DNA of 62,571 bases, the filler included, from Sphacelaria rigidula (Eukaryota), in the NCBI GenBank assembly GCA_964200075.2. It is 8 parts of 8 records of this genome, joined end to end, with 100 filler letters (N's around TTAATTAATTAA, not from the genome) between each part and the next. Parts side by side here need not be neighbours in the genome. Positions count along the whole stretch, not along the records: positions 1 to 7,735 come from CAXNAA020013631.1; positions 7,836 to 15,570 come from CAXNAA020013632.1; 6 more parts are not named here. One strand, 5' to 3'. Made by a program: the position numbers and the translations under genes. The notes beneath the pieces were generated by a model that saw nothing but the letters and a program-made list of their open reading frames with translations, made no database searches and was not told the DNA's origin. Below, piece after piece: positions 1-12,056 of the stretch. Every line of letters starts with the position of its first letter. Within the stretch, counting starts at the first letter, position 1.

Positions 1-24
1 CGCGAGATCGGACTAATGTGCGGA

Positions 25-72
<48 letters not shown>
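25..72. repeat. (AAT)16 microsatellite
   Basis: Perfect aat array. It explains the poly-N ORF 16..246. Confidence 0.95.
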
Positions 73-395
73 TTGGCACATTGTTGCGTATATTGTATAC
101 CTTCTGCGACCCCTCGTTTTTTTTCTGCTTGTTTGCTTGGACATGGAATATTATTGCGCGTGATCCTCATCTTCGACATGGAACATTGTATACGTTCAAA
201 TATTGATAAAATATTTATACCCACACACCGAAAACATCAGACATGAGAATCATTCATTCGAATTGATCCAAACACAAACATCTGGGGGAATCTGGGTATT
301 AGATACTTGTGAAAACAAGACGTGCTTGCTCCGACAGCTTCAGGCCTCAGCGTGAGTTGGCACCAGCTGCTGCATCGTGGGGAGTCCATCGCGTA

Positions 396-650
396 TCCCA
401 TACCGTGGTATGCGTAGGTATCGTAGGTATGAGTTTTGAAAATACAGGATTAGGCGGGTACGGTAGGTATTGAAATCTCGAAATACCCTTGTATCGTAGG
501 TATGACATTTGAAAATATCAGACTGGGTGGGTACGGTAGGTGTTGGAATCCCGAAATCGCAGGTATCGTAGGTATGGCGTTTGAAAATACCGGATTGGGT
601 CGGTATCGGTAGGGTATGAGATGTCCGAAATACCGGTACCGGGTACCTAA
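396..650. repeat. Three degenerate ~73-bp tandem units (gtatcgtaggtatg..tttgaaaatac..gggtacggtagg)
   Basis: The unit recurs three times. The start of the same repeat (tatcccataccgtggtat) reappears at 15541-15570. Confidence 0.75.
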
Positions 651-3243
651 AATACCTCACCTACAGTCCCTGTGCAGCTTTATTCAAAGAAAAAATCGAG
701 GTTTGAGTTGATGTATGATGTCCACTGTACAGACAGTACAGCACGGGATAGGATCGGATCAGGGCATGGCAACGTTTTCAATGATATACATCAATCTTGG
801 ATTGCTTTCGACTGGTGCTACTGTATGGGCATGAGAAGTTCCATGACCCTTCGTAATAACGTCTGTGGTCATATCGACTCGCACGCACAGCATGCTAACG
901 TATACATCCTCATGATACATGCGGCACGGAACTGCTTTACGGGATCAACCGCCGCTGTTTTAGCGTGCAATCTGTTCATCCATTGTTGCCTCTGGCACTG
1001 TTTTTGAGCCCGGAGAGTAAGTATACTGAACAAAGTATCGCACATATTTCTCGTTACACTGTCCCACCAACCCGTCATGCAACCCCAAACCTGTTGTGCT
1101 GACCAGCCTGGCAAATTCGATCAACTTTGCCGACAGAAGATGCTGGTACAAAAAACAGAACCCCGCATGGCGCTTCGTCCGGGGAGTACAAAAAGAAGTG
1201 GCACATCGGTAAGGCGCAGTACAGTTCAGCTGTACAGCAGTAGTCGTTATAGGTTCAGCAATGCTGGATCACGCGTTGTGTTTTGGGACGACGTTACGTA
1301 AGTTTCCCACTTTTTTTTGCGGTACTAGGTGGATGCGGAAAAATTGTCCGCTCAGCCCTGACCGTACGGGGCCCAGACAGACAGCAATACAGCACTGGTA
1401 GTTCTCCTACCGCCACGAGATCGTACTTGCAAAAGGAAAGCTTCACTGCTAGAGATCAAAACAACTCCTCGAGGTCTACACACAACAAGCTTTAAGGTAT
1501 CACGAGCAGCTGAAGCATGCAGCCTGAAACGTGTAGTATTGCCCCCGCAATGTATTAAGTCCGATTCAGGCCCAAAGAGCGAGGGAGCGTTGTCTGACAA
1601 GTTTGACTTCCCCCTCAGACAACAGTCGAGGGCGTTCGCTGCTCCCCATGTGGCTATGTTACACCCGCGGGATCACAGATCCAGAGGCGGTCGGCACTAG
1701 CTCAATGGGATTCTTCGGCAGATGCAGAACTATGAAGCAATAACATATGCATGTCCTCTAACTAGCCGCAGCCGAGGTCAGTCAAGGCTGTATCCGTATC
1801 GGTGCCAGAACGTGAAGGATGTATTTGGGCTTTGTCTCAACATTACGGTACAGTGCTTTCACGCCATACCCCGCACACCCTCACTCAACACTAGCTCAGT
1901 GTGATATGAATCATGTATAGCTTGAGTTATTGGTGCGACAGAAGTCTGAATTTGCCTGCGTTGTGGGGTACTAGTTGACATATCTACAGCCAATTCGTCC
2001 GTATGGCACCGTATGTCCATCTACAATCTTCTCACCGGTCGCATTGCTCCCTCAGACCTTCCGCAGTGAGCACGATATCTCCGCTCGTGCAAGGCCGCTT
2101 CGCCATTATTGCGGTGTGACACAGAAACGCGTCGTAACGCCGGTAGAGACACCAAATTTCCTTCCTTGATAGAGCAAGTATGCTTGATGAACAGCCTCAC
2201 CACTGTGAATCGTCCGCCTCTATCTGGAGAGCGGAAGCTGCACCTACGGCTGTCACCAAGATCTGGTTCAGGTCTGCTTTTCAAGGTTACTGAAAAACAC
2301 TAGTAGAGCTTTCGTATTTTCGGATGTCACATTCAACTCAATATTGTTTCTCTAATCTGACGGCCGTGATCCTTCGAGACATCTTCCACAACAACCAGAA
2401 ATCTACTCGTCCACACTACTACTATTTGGTGCTTTTCCACACTACTGTACTAATTTTTGTCGAGCAATTGATGAATTTTTGAAGTTCAGACCATAAGAAG
2501 CTTAATATTAAGTACTATGGGCTTGTGTCTAGGCCGATGGGGCATTATTCTTCCGCATTATTGTCTTGAATTATGATTATCCGGCAATAAATAGAACTAA
2601 AAAAGAACTGTTGTTATTGTAGCCGTCTCTTCGTAATATATGAAAGACCGATAAAATAATAGCAACTGCGGCTAATCGAAGCTATCTAGCAAATACCCGC
2701 CCATCCCCCCCCTTAAATGCGGTGGTACCAGATCTCCGCGTCTGGCGAATGCACCAGATACGAGCGCTAAACGCTTGTTGTGGTGTTCACCGAAATTATT
2801 AACTCACCTACGACTCGTAGCGCTTCCCTTGATCTCTTTCCCTAGCTTCATTGTTCACTATCGTATTTTGTTTATATATCGGCTGGCTTTCATGTTTTTC
2901 CTTACTGCAGTCAACCTGCACAGCGTGGTGTTGTGTTTTTTTGTCGTTGTTTGAATTTAGTCACAGTCCCGTATATTATGCTCTACTCGTATCTGTCGAG
3001 GGTTCCGCTAGAGCAACCCGCAGCGGATGTATGCATTTTTACCTTAGGTACGTGTGTCTTTGAAATACGGCCGGATTCGTAGTGTGGTTCAGTTGAAGTG
3101 CGGAATCAATCAATCAATTTTCTCATTCCCCCTCTCTACCCCTTGTCTCCTATACATTGACCACCGGCACGACAAACCCAAAAGTGGAGGCAAATGTGAA
3201 GCGCTTTCAGCGGCCTCTCCTGCTGCACCCAGATTAGGGTGTG

Positions 3244-3375
3244 ATGGCCGAAGCAGCAGCGTCGTCGCGACTGTCCCTATCCGTGATAGGTATCGAAGAT
3301 GAAATATTCATGGAGGGCTCATCCTTTCACTCAGGATTCGGCGGCAGCATCAAGCAGTCTCCAGAAGACTTCATG
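3244..3375 (+). CDS. Probable first exon of a TruD/PUS7-family pseudouridine synthase
   Basis: ATG at 3244 translates MAEAAASSRLSLSVIGIEDEIFMEGSSFHSGFGGSIKQSPEDFM, followed by a gtgag donor. GFGGSIKQSPEDFxV matches the TruD N-terminal motif. Downstream exons were not located. Confidence 0.55.
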
Positions 3376-3753
3376 GTGAGAAACAAGAAACAACCAACAT
3401 GAAACTTTTTGTAGATAAAGCGGTGTAACTCTTCGTAGATACACCCTCCCTGTCCGGCGATCTACAGTTCTTTGACGAGAGTAGTAACGGTCATAAAGAG
3501 CCTTCTAAAATAGTACATTTGTGATCGCTGTAACGAAGACTCGACTGAAATTGGGGCATCATTTTGGTAGAATAAATTATATTGAAAGTGATGACTGGCG
3601 ATCCATCATTGGCACTGGTGTCTATGATGTTCCGTTTCGAAGCCAGGGGATAGATGGATCGCGCATTGGAGCGGCAGAAACGATCTACGTAGATCTCAGT
3701 TTTAGAGACGCGTCCGTTCGCGGATGTGTGCGTCACCGCACCTGGTCTGTGTA

Positions 3754-4292
3754 CGGTAGTCAAGGATCAAATGTGGTCTTAATAGGATTGTTTATCACCT
3801 TCACTCGAGAGTTTGACAGCCGGTAAGTGTTGGAAAAAGAAGCAGGTCGTGCTCGGGAAACATTTCCCAATTTTGTATTGTCGGAACGATACGGAGTAAA
3901 ACCCCGTTTATCGAAGGGGTGTTATTGACCGCATATGACCGCAAAACAAGTTTTTTCGGCTGTATCGCAAGGCATATCGAGAAATAGAAAACATGAAGCG
4001 GTCAAACTGTTCGATGTAACGGTCCGGATCGGTTCGGTCGAGCGAAAATGTTAAAAGAGCGAGGATCGGGGGTTGTACACTCACTCGTTGGCCCCCCAAA
4101 GACCGGTGAGCCAGTATCTGGCTCAAAATTGGTCGTGGAAATTATTTTGAACTCGAAACTGGTGTCGGATACTCATGTCTCTCGATTCCCAATGATTGGG
4201 AATAAACAGAAACCGTGATGAGTCGTGGCAACGGAAAACACTGAAAAAAATCTTCTACACTCGAAAATGCGAAGTTAAAAACCTGACTACTG
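3754..4292. mobile_element. TA-flanked MITE (Tc1/mariner-type), family also at 57229-57780
   Basis: TA|cggtagtcaagg ... cctgactactg|TA. The internal sequence (tcactcgagagtttgacag..aagaagcagg..gatacggagtaaaa) is shared with the 57.2-57.8 kb copy. Confidence 0.75.
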
Positions 4293-7200
4293 TAATGTAT
4301 GGATCCTGCAGTACCCTATTCGACCTATAACATATCATCGTTTTTCGTGGGATTGAAGATATGAGTGTTTCGCAAGTTCTTTTGATGTGGGAATTTTATG
4401 ATACATCCAGAAGGGCGAAATACAATATTCCACACCCTGGACAATATACAGGCTGGGCCAGCCGACAGCGATTTTTGAATGTATTTTGGCGATGCTGTGG
4501 GTATTTCGAAGAGTTGGGCGCTGAAATTTTGACATAACATTTTTGTCCTCAATACGCAGTGTTGCGCCGATAGAAAAATAAATAAATATAGGAAGTAGCC
4601 TGCATACAAGAATCATTGTACACGACATGAGCTAGCACCAGCTGCACAGTCGTCCCACGTCGCACGGCTGGCAAGCCCTACACGACGGAGCACATGTCCA
4701 ACAGGCGATACCGGTGGAAAGCTTTGTTCAAGGCGGAGTGTCGGTGCCAGTTTTCAGGTGAGAAGATGATTCGCTCCTGCGTTGGCCAGTCTGAACGGTG
4801 TTGCTCTTGATGGGTTCCTCCTTGTCGGAAAGTCGTGTGATGGTACGCAGAGTGGTGACGGCCACGCTAGAAGTCGGGAGGCTGCACGGTGTTCATGGGG
4901 TAGTCTATGATGCATAGAATCCATCTGCAAAAAAAACTGTTCAGATTCGTGTGTGGGACATCACTCAAGAGGCGATTGACTGCAAGTATGTCTGGTGGTA
5001 GGCGGGAGCTTCAATTTGCATATAAAACCCAGTATAAAAGTTCATGATTCACCACACAGCCCTGTCACCATGCGTGCTGTACTGGGATCTTACAACAGTA
5101 TTGCATACAGTAATGTGTCGCAAAATACTACACGCCTAGTCCACGGTCTAGTACGGTATGTTATGGGATGGCGACGCACAGGTCACTGTTGCGTGCTGGG
5201 CTGTGCTGTTGCGTCCGTACTCGAGTGTCATGTTGCCACCGTCATGTAATGTACTGAACAGTGAACTGCACGTTCCGGCAGTGTTGGGCGACAGACAGTA
5301 CACAACACGCTTTGCTATGGAGCGGTCCTAGTCAGTACACAACACGCTTTGCTGCGAAGCAGTCTTCCGTCGTGTGCTGCTCTGGACTGTATCGTGAAGT
5401 GCTGTCCTGTACTGATGAGGGTGCTCCGCGATAACGTGCGGGGTCGTGTGCGAGGACCACAGATAACACGCCGCGGAGTGCTGCCCGACAGTGTCGTGTG
5501 TAGTACTCGATTGTAATCCACTCCGGTGTGATGTACTGAAAATGATCGCGAGGCGTGCGCTACGGAGCTGCCCTCTGTTATTCTGTAAGGCACCGGACTG
5601 CTTTCTACTTCGCTGCACCGTTCTGTAGGGGGGCGTGCACCTTCCACTATCACGTGCTGTTTGGTATCACCATGTGCACCTGTATCCTGTGCTGCACTGT
5701 ATAGTGTTTTCCGTTACATTACTGTCCTGTAGTGTACGATACGGCCAGGCTCCAGAAGAAGGCACTCCTGTGTGTTGGCCATTGCCGTGGTGAACGGATC
5801 GGTAGACGGCCCCGACTGTTGGAAGCTTCGTGGCGCCCTTCCTCACCCGCTGGCGTTCACAATTTACTTCCAGGTCTGTCAACATGAACACGCCCTGCGA
5901 GGAACCTCACCGGATAGGGCAGCGGTCACCCGAAGACGAAGTAGATGGCGCTGCCACCCGGGTGAGAGACACCCCCATCTTGACATGCACAAGATACCTT
6001 TCATGATCTCCCACTGCATTCGATATTGTGCCGAAAAGGGGGCACACCGGAGTCGCTGCAGTTTTTCCTCCAACATCATGGGGTCTTACGTCATATGTCG
6101 GCAACTATGCAGCAGTGAACGCCTGAAGTGTTTGGAGTTTTTTTGGGGGGTTTATAGCATGATGCTCTTCGATATAACTGTAGAGTTCCGGCGTCGGTAT
6201 ATGTTGATGAATTGAAAAGATCGTCCTCAAAACGCAGTGCCCAATTTGAACAGCGTTTGCGTGAGATCGATCGAAGTGGAGGATACGATTGAGAATGATG
6301 AGCGGTAAATTACTGAATGGACAGCCTCAGTTTCGAAATGCCCCGCCATGGGGCCCAATATGCCACCTGCAGTTTCTTACGACTGATGCCCTTGATATCC
6401 TTGAGTACGACATCGATGTGTTGCTATAAGCACACGCCAGTGTTACAGGCGAAGACAAGCACACACACAACGAGAATTTGGTCAAGTTGAAGCGAATGAT
6501 CGAACCCACTCTCAATCGAGGCTCTACTCTCAAAGTAACGAAAACTTAAGGTTAGTGTGGTATGGTGTAATGGGGCGATACGAGTAGAAACCCCGTTACT
6601 CTGTAGGGTGTTAGTGACCGTGAAGCACAGCCGTTCGGCTGTGGTGCGATGAGTACGCACAAATTCAAATCAACAAATCCGTGCATGCTTCATACATTGC
6701 CTCACAAATACGATCGGAACAGGCTCGATCAACCGAAAATACCGCAGTGTCAACACCTCGGCTGCAAGGTGGCGTATTTTCCCCGACAACTGGACGATTT
6801 TCGCGGCGACTGAAAAAAGTCAGGATCCGGTCAAAAACAAAACTGGGCGTCGAAACAATCGGAAAAGTGCGCCGGATTCCTCGTGTAACATGTAGCAAAT
6901 GTTTCCGAGGAGGCCAAATCCGCCAAGGCCCGTATTCCGCCAGTAATCCGTGATGAAGGGTTCAAAGGGGCAGTTCTCAGACAGATTTATTTTTCAGTCT
7001 ACGAGAAGCGGCCTTAGATTGCCAAGCTCTACTCCTTGACGCGGTTTCACGATGTATTGGTGTTCAGCGATGGCCTTTTTTTTTTGGTGCACAAGCATAC
7101 ATTTCTGTCGAAGTACTATTACGAACATTCGAATCTTGGAAAATATCGCCATTTTTTGTAGTCTTTACCGTCTGTGGACCAGACAGCTGGTTTCGTAAAA

Positions 7201-7735
7201 GAAAAATACTGCTGCCACCGGAGGATGCTTCTTCGTCGTGAAACCCCCAACACGAGGCGAGGATCTCATTTCGACATGTAAGACTTCGCTTCTTTTAGGG
7301 CGTCAACCGCCGGAGAAGGACCGCAAAAACATTCATCCATACCTTTCTCTTCGATTCTACAATGAGCACCGTCAGCTGCGCCACGGAAAAGCAAAGAAGG
7401 CCGCGGAAACTTATCGGATCCACTCAAAAGTGCAGACATCGTCTGTGTCACCTTCCTCGTGATACGTAATACTTCGCTGTTACTCTTTTCTCCATCCATA
7501 GCTTCTGTGCTTCCAACGATGGATCCGAAGAGGTCGCGGGGTGGGGGGTTCTGTGAACGGAATACTTGCACCATTTCGCAACAGAGAATATACCTCACGT
7601 ACGTCACACTCGATGCGAGTGAAGAACGGATCGCGCCGAGGGGAGGAAAACACAATCAGTTGCGTCGTTTGAAAGAGTCGTTCATACGTCGGACGAGCAC
7701 GAGTGTCACTCGTGGCACTCGTGCTCGTTGGGCTG

Positions 7736-7835
7736 NNNNNNNNNNNNNNNNNNNNNNNNNNNNNNNNNNNNNNNNNNNNTTAATTAATTAANNNNNNNNN
7801 NNNNNNNNNNNNNNNNNNNNNNNNNNNNNNNNNNN
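7736..7835. other. Artificial contig linker
   Basis: N44-TTAATTAATTAA-N44. Confidence 0.98.
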
Positions 7836-7895
7836 GCCATTTTGTTCGTGACACTTTTAGCTGGTTTTGGGGGGGGGGCTATCGTAGAAAGTGTC
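7836..7895. mobile_element. Partial GACAC-terminal MITE (one end, cut by contig edge)
   Basis: Ends in ggggctatcgtagaaagtgtc, matching the end of the 9785-10033 copy. Confidence 0.8.
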
Positions 7896-9784
7896 GTAAG
7901 CGTTTCGTCCATTAATGATGCAGGCACAACCGGCCGCTGAAAGCCATGAAAAGCCTACTCTCAATCGTATCGTGGACTCTCAATCTCACGAAAACACTGT
8001 TTACTGTAGATAGAGTGGGTACAGTGATAGTTGATCACGCAGGCTACGACAGATCCTGCCGGCCTCATCATCAATCTTTGCCCAGTTATGGACGAACGCT
8101 CGAAGAAACCCAGCAAATGAGCATCGTTTATGGTCCGCTATATGTGTGAGGGTTGGGAGCTGAACATTTCCGCTAAAAAAGTCTCGACAGTCGAAGATTG
8201 AGCTCCTGTCGCGCGACCAGTGGGTAGTTATGCGGACCCTTGCGGGCGTACCTGGCACTCGGGGCGGCATCCCGGTACAGACAGTCCCATCACTATCGGG
8301 ACGGCCGTGCACAGGCCAGCTGCCGGAATGGCCGTTGCACTGGTGATCTTCCAGGGTTAACGACTTAGAGTACGGCCGCACAGGGTTTGTACGCGAATAT
8401 TTTGGTGATTGCCTCACTTCCACTTCGGCTATGTGCTGTGGGTTATTTGATTATTTCACGATCTCACCGCCTGATATGTATGGAAATGTATTACACCCTC
8501 GACGAGAGCGTTCTACAATCAGAATACAAATAAAAAACATGTTGATATATAGACAAGCAGTTCCTTGAGACGCGTAGACGACCAAGGTGTGTTGATATAT
8601 AAACAGGCAGTTCGCTTCGCAGATTGCAACGGCAACAGTGCTGTATGCAACGAGTTAGGGCAGAAGCCGTGGGGCCCACGGGGAATACCACCCCCCCTCG
8701 TGAAACCTGACCTCCGATGCTATAGGAGAGCACGGCGCTCGGCCTATACCACCGGTAGAGATACAGAGGAATCTTCTACCATGTAGACAAAGTAAGCTTT
8801 CTGTTGCAAAAGGATTTACTGAAATCCATCGGTGTCGCAAAATTAGCGACGTGACTGAAGTATGAAAAGGTTTCAATTTTGCTCTGCACCAGCACACAGG
8901 TGCAGTGGGGATCCGCCTTCCTGCTCTACAAGCTTTCTATCCCAGTACAGTACAGGCCCTTGCAGCATAATACCGTGCATCCGAGTGTAACACATAACTG
9001 CACAATTTCGTTCAGTGAAATGCAGTGCAGCACGAAGTGTTGTACAGTCTGTGAAGTGCAGTGTCGGGTATGAACAGCGCCAACTGCAAGAAGAATCAAT
9101 ATTCTGTACAGTCCTACAGTGGTGCGTGTATGTCGGTCATGTCGAAGCCATCAGGATTCACGATGCGCAACATGCGGCCGTGGGTTGTTTGTAATTCTGC
9201 GGGTGACGCACTCCATGAAGGAAGGTATGAATCCCACTCGGTGCTTTGTTTTGCGCAACGATGGGGAATATGCACCCGGGTTACAACGACCCCCCCACCT
9301 GGAGCGAGATAATTCGACCGTGCGTCGACATGGATTTCGAGTTGTGAAGTTAAACGATACAACAGTACGACAATCGCATGCAGTGACCGTGGGAATAGAT
9401 GGAGTGGCAACCGAAAACCCGTTATCGTTGGACGGCACAGCATGATTACCGCACGATTGAAGACACTTGTGATAAAAAATGTTGGCGAACAATCCTGCAC
9501 GCATCCACTCCCCGGCACATCCGCTTGCCGTGGATGTGAAAGGACACCAAGACTCAGAGTTTGGATGCAACGTCTGGAGCACTTCTGAGACGCCGACCGG
9601 GGCAGACCGAACGTGAGATACGGCACCGCAATCGGTCTCGAGGTAAGAGCACCACAACATCCCTCATGTACCAATGCCGCGCGAGGTAGAAGTGCTGAAG
9701 ATTCCGCGCATCCGACTGCTTTCCCCTTGTTCCCGCTGATGATTGTGACTTTTGAACGAAATTGAGAATGCCTGCATTTCGGGA

Positions 9785-10033
9785 GACACTTTCTACGATA
9801 GCCGCCCCCCCAAAAGTGCATGGTTTTGGGAAGCAAAATCTTCGCGTAAATCAAAATTGGAAATGCCGAGCACAACGAGAAGCAGGGAATCCCCACGCTT
9901 GGGTTCGTTCTAGCTAATGCCGCCAATATAAGGCGCTTCATGCAGCCTAAACCCAAACATCAGGCGCTGTATGGCCAATTTTTTCGTGACACTTTTAGCT
10001 GGTTTTGGGGGGGGGGCTATCGTAGAAAGTGTC
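9785..10033. mobile_element. Complete 249-bp MITE with GACACTTTCTACGATAGCC TIRs and 4-bp TSD (GGGA)
   Basis: ggga|gacactttctacgatagcc ... ggctatcgtagaaagtgtc|ggga. Confidence 0.88.
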
Positions 10034-11724
10034 GGGATATCATCTTCTCACACGAACCTCCCGGCCCTTTACAATCTGAAAAACTAGACCACATGACAAA
10101 CACGTTGTGCCCATCAATCGTTTTCCGTCTCTTCCGGACAGGTAGTGAAGTGCCTGCACCACTGTCGCCGCCATCCCGTCCGACACATGCCACATCCGCG
10201 CTTGAAATCAGATCTCTCCTCACTCCGAACGTACAGCGCCGGTAAAAGAAATCTGAGGGACATCACCGAGGGTCACGCTGGCGAAAGGGTCAAACCGCAA
10301 AAGTGGGTGAGCCCCCCTTCGTACGGAAACGATGCGGCGACTGTACTGTTCAGTGAGTCGGAGGCGTCCATAGCGTCCACTGATGACGCATCTGTACAAA
10401 AACAGGGGTTGAAGGGATGCAACGACCGTCCGAGCGCACAACGCAACAACTTCGAATTTTGATCGGGCGGGGAGGGCACGACTTGTGAAATCTCCACTAC
10501 CTCGGTGTCGGAAAACATTACACGGGAGGTGTCACCATGGAGTCCCCCGACAGTGCATCTCAAGGAAGTGGGTAAAACTCCCATCAAGAGCCAGAGAGCT
10601 GCCGGTGGTGGAGTCGCGGCGGTGCAGACTTCAACTCCGTCAGCTATGGCCACGAAAAAACGTACCCCGCCCACCTCCGGCGGAGGCACACCCCCGCATG
10701 CTCATGTACGTAGATCGAGACGGAAGAGGACCGCGACGAATCACCCGGAGGTTGACAGCGCACGGGAAGCATGGCATGAACAACAGAAGTTTGTGTTGCA
10801 GCACAGAAACGGGGTGAAGGAAGTTCTGCTGCTGCCAATACACTCTCTAGAGGAAGCGCCAACATTCGCATCCCCTCACAACGTAGGACGGAGTCCTACT
10901 CGGAGGTCATCGGGGGGGTTTTCCACGCCGTCGGGACACCGTAACAAGCGACCAGGCTGACCATGCACATCGCAACCAACTCCTGGAGGCACGTCGGCGT
11001 CAAAACCGAAGCAGAAAAAGAAGAAGGCTACATATGCTGCCGCCCCTGGAGTCGACCGGCGTCGAGTTGAAGGTGCCGGCAGTTCATCTTAGCGGCTTCG
11101 GGACAAGAGCAGGTAGCGCCGGCGCCTACGAACGGGGTTGCCAGCGAAATAATGAGGCATCCCGATCGCCAGACACCACCCCCCGACGCTGATCGTGGTG
11201 TACATCGCGCGCGCGGTAAAAGAGGGAGAGCGTCGACGCGACGCTGTGGCTCTCAAGGTCCCTCGGGCAATCGTGATAGCTGCAGGAGGGTGCGTTCTGC
11301 GCCGGCAGGGTCTACCCCGGTTAGTAGTATGAGGGGGGGTAAAGAACATAAGCGGGTTTGTCACGACGTGTGTGGTATCCAGCTACCCGTCGTCGACGAC
11401 GCATGCAACACATACTCCTCTTGCGGTCGGATACACGACCCGGTATCGCGACTGTACTTCGCCTGCCATCGACCAGGACCCGGCAAAGGCAACGCCTAGC
11501 GTCATATTGGCGCGGCACGGATTCCGGAGGCTCGGCTATTTCTGGAGTCGTGTGCTGATGGTGATGGCATACGCCCGGCTGCGCTTGTACAAAACTATCA
11601 ACCAAGTTCAGATTGCTTTTGCAACCGGCATGATTGTTTGTTGCGCTTACTCGAGCGACACAGGATTGCGAGTGATAGGCGGAAGGCAAAGTCCCTCCGT
11701 CCGTTTTGCTGCACACCCGCGACT

Positions 11725-12050
11725 CTTGGTTTAACTTCCCCCGCCTAGTGAGACACTCATGTGGCAGTGTAAAAGCCTTGGCTGTCTCTGGAAGTGGCGA
11801 TACCGGAAAATAAAGCAACTCATTGGAGGCTGTCATCCAAGTGCAAGATAATCAGTAGGCTTCGGGCCGAACAATCTTAGCAGGGTGCAGCTCACCCTTC
11901 GTGCGACTCGCCGAACACACCACGGTGCTTCGCGCTTGGTGGTTTGAGTGCGAGCCTGATCTGGCGAAAACCTGGCGTGATCCGTCCCGACTTTGTAGGG
12001 ATGCGAGTCAAAGATCTGACGACTATGGCATGCATGATCATGAGTACACC
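11725..12050 (+). mobile_element. SINE-like dispersed repeat (family A)
   Basis: Near-colinear with 54995-55285 (caagataatcagtaggcttcgggccgaacaatcttag ... gactatggcatgcatgatcatgagtac). Confidence 0.8.
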
Positions 12051-12056
12051 CTATCC

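Noticed and set aside
16..246. Poly-Asn ORF
   Set aside because: It is only the translation of an (AAT)n microsatellite.
1352..2851. Possible minus-strand gene (exon-like blocks at 2808-2851, 2035-2289, 1352-1523)
   Set aside because: Splice phases did not join into a stop-free frame and no family was recognised.
5040..5730. ORFs in gtgctgtactg-rich region (similar tract at 8940-9120)
   Set aside because: Degenerate low-complexity repeat, so the ORFs are incidental.
9114..9956. 280-aa minus ORF
   Set aside because: It begins inside a MITE and runs antisense to decayed coding DNA, with no domain motif.
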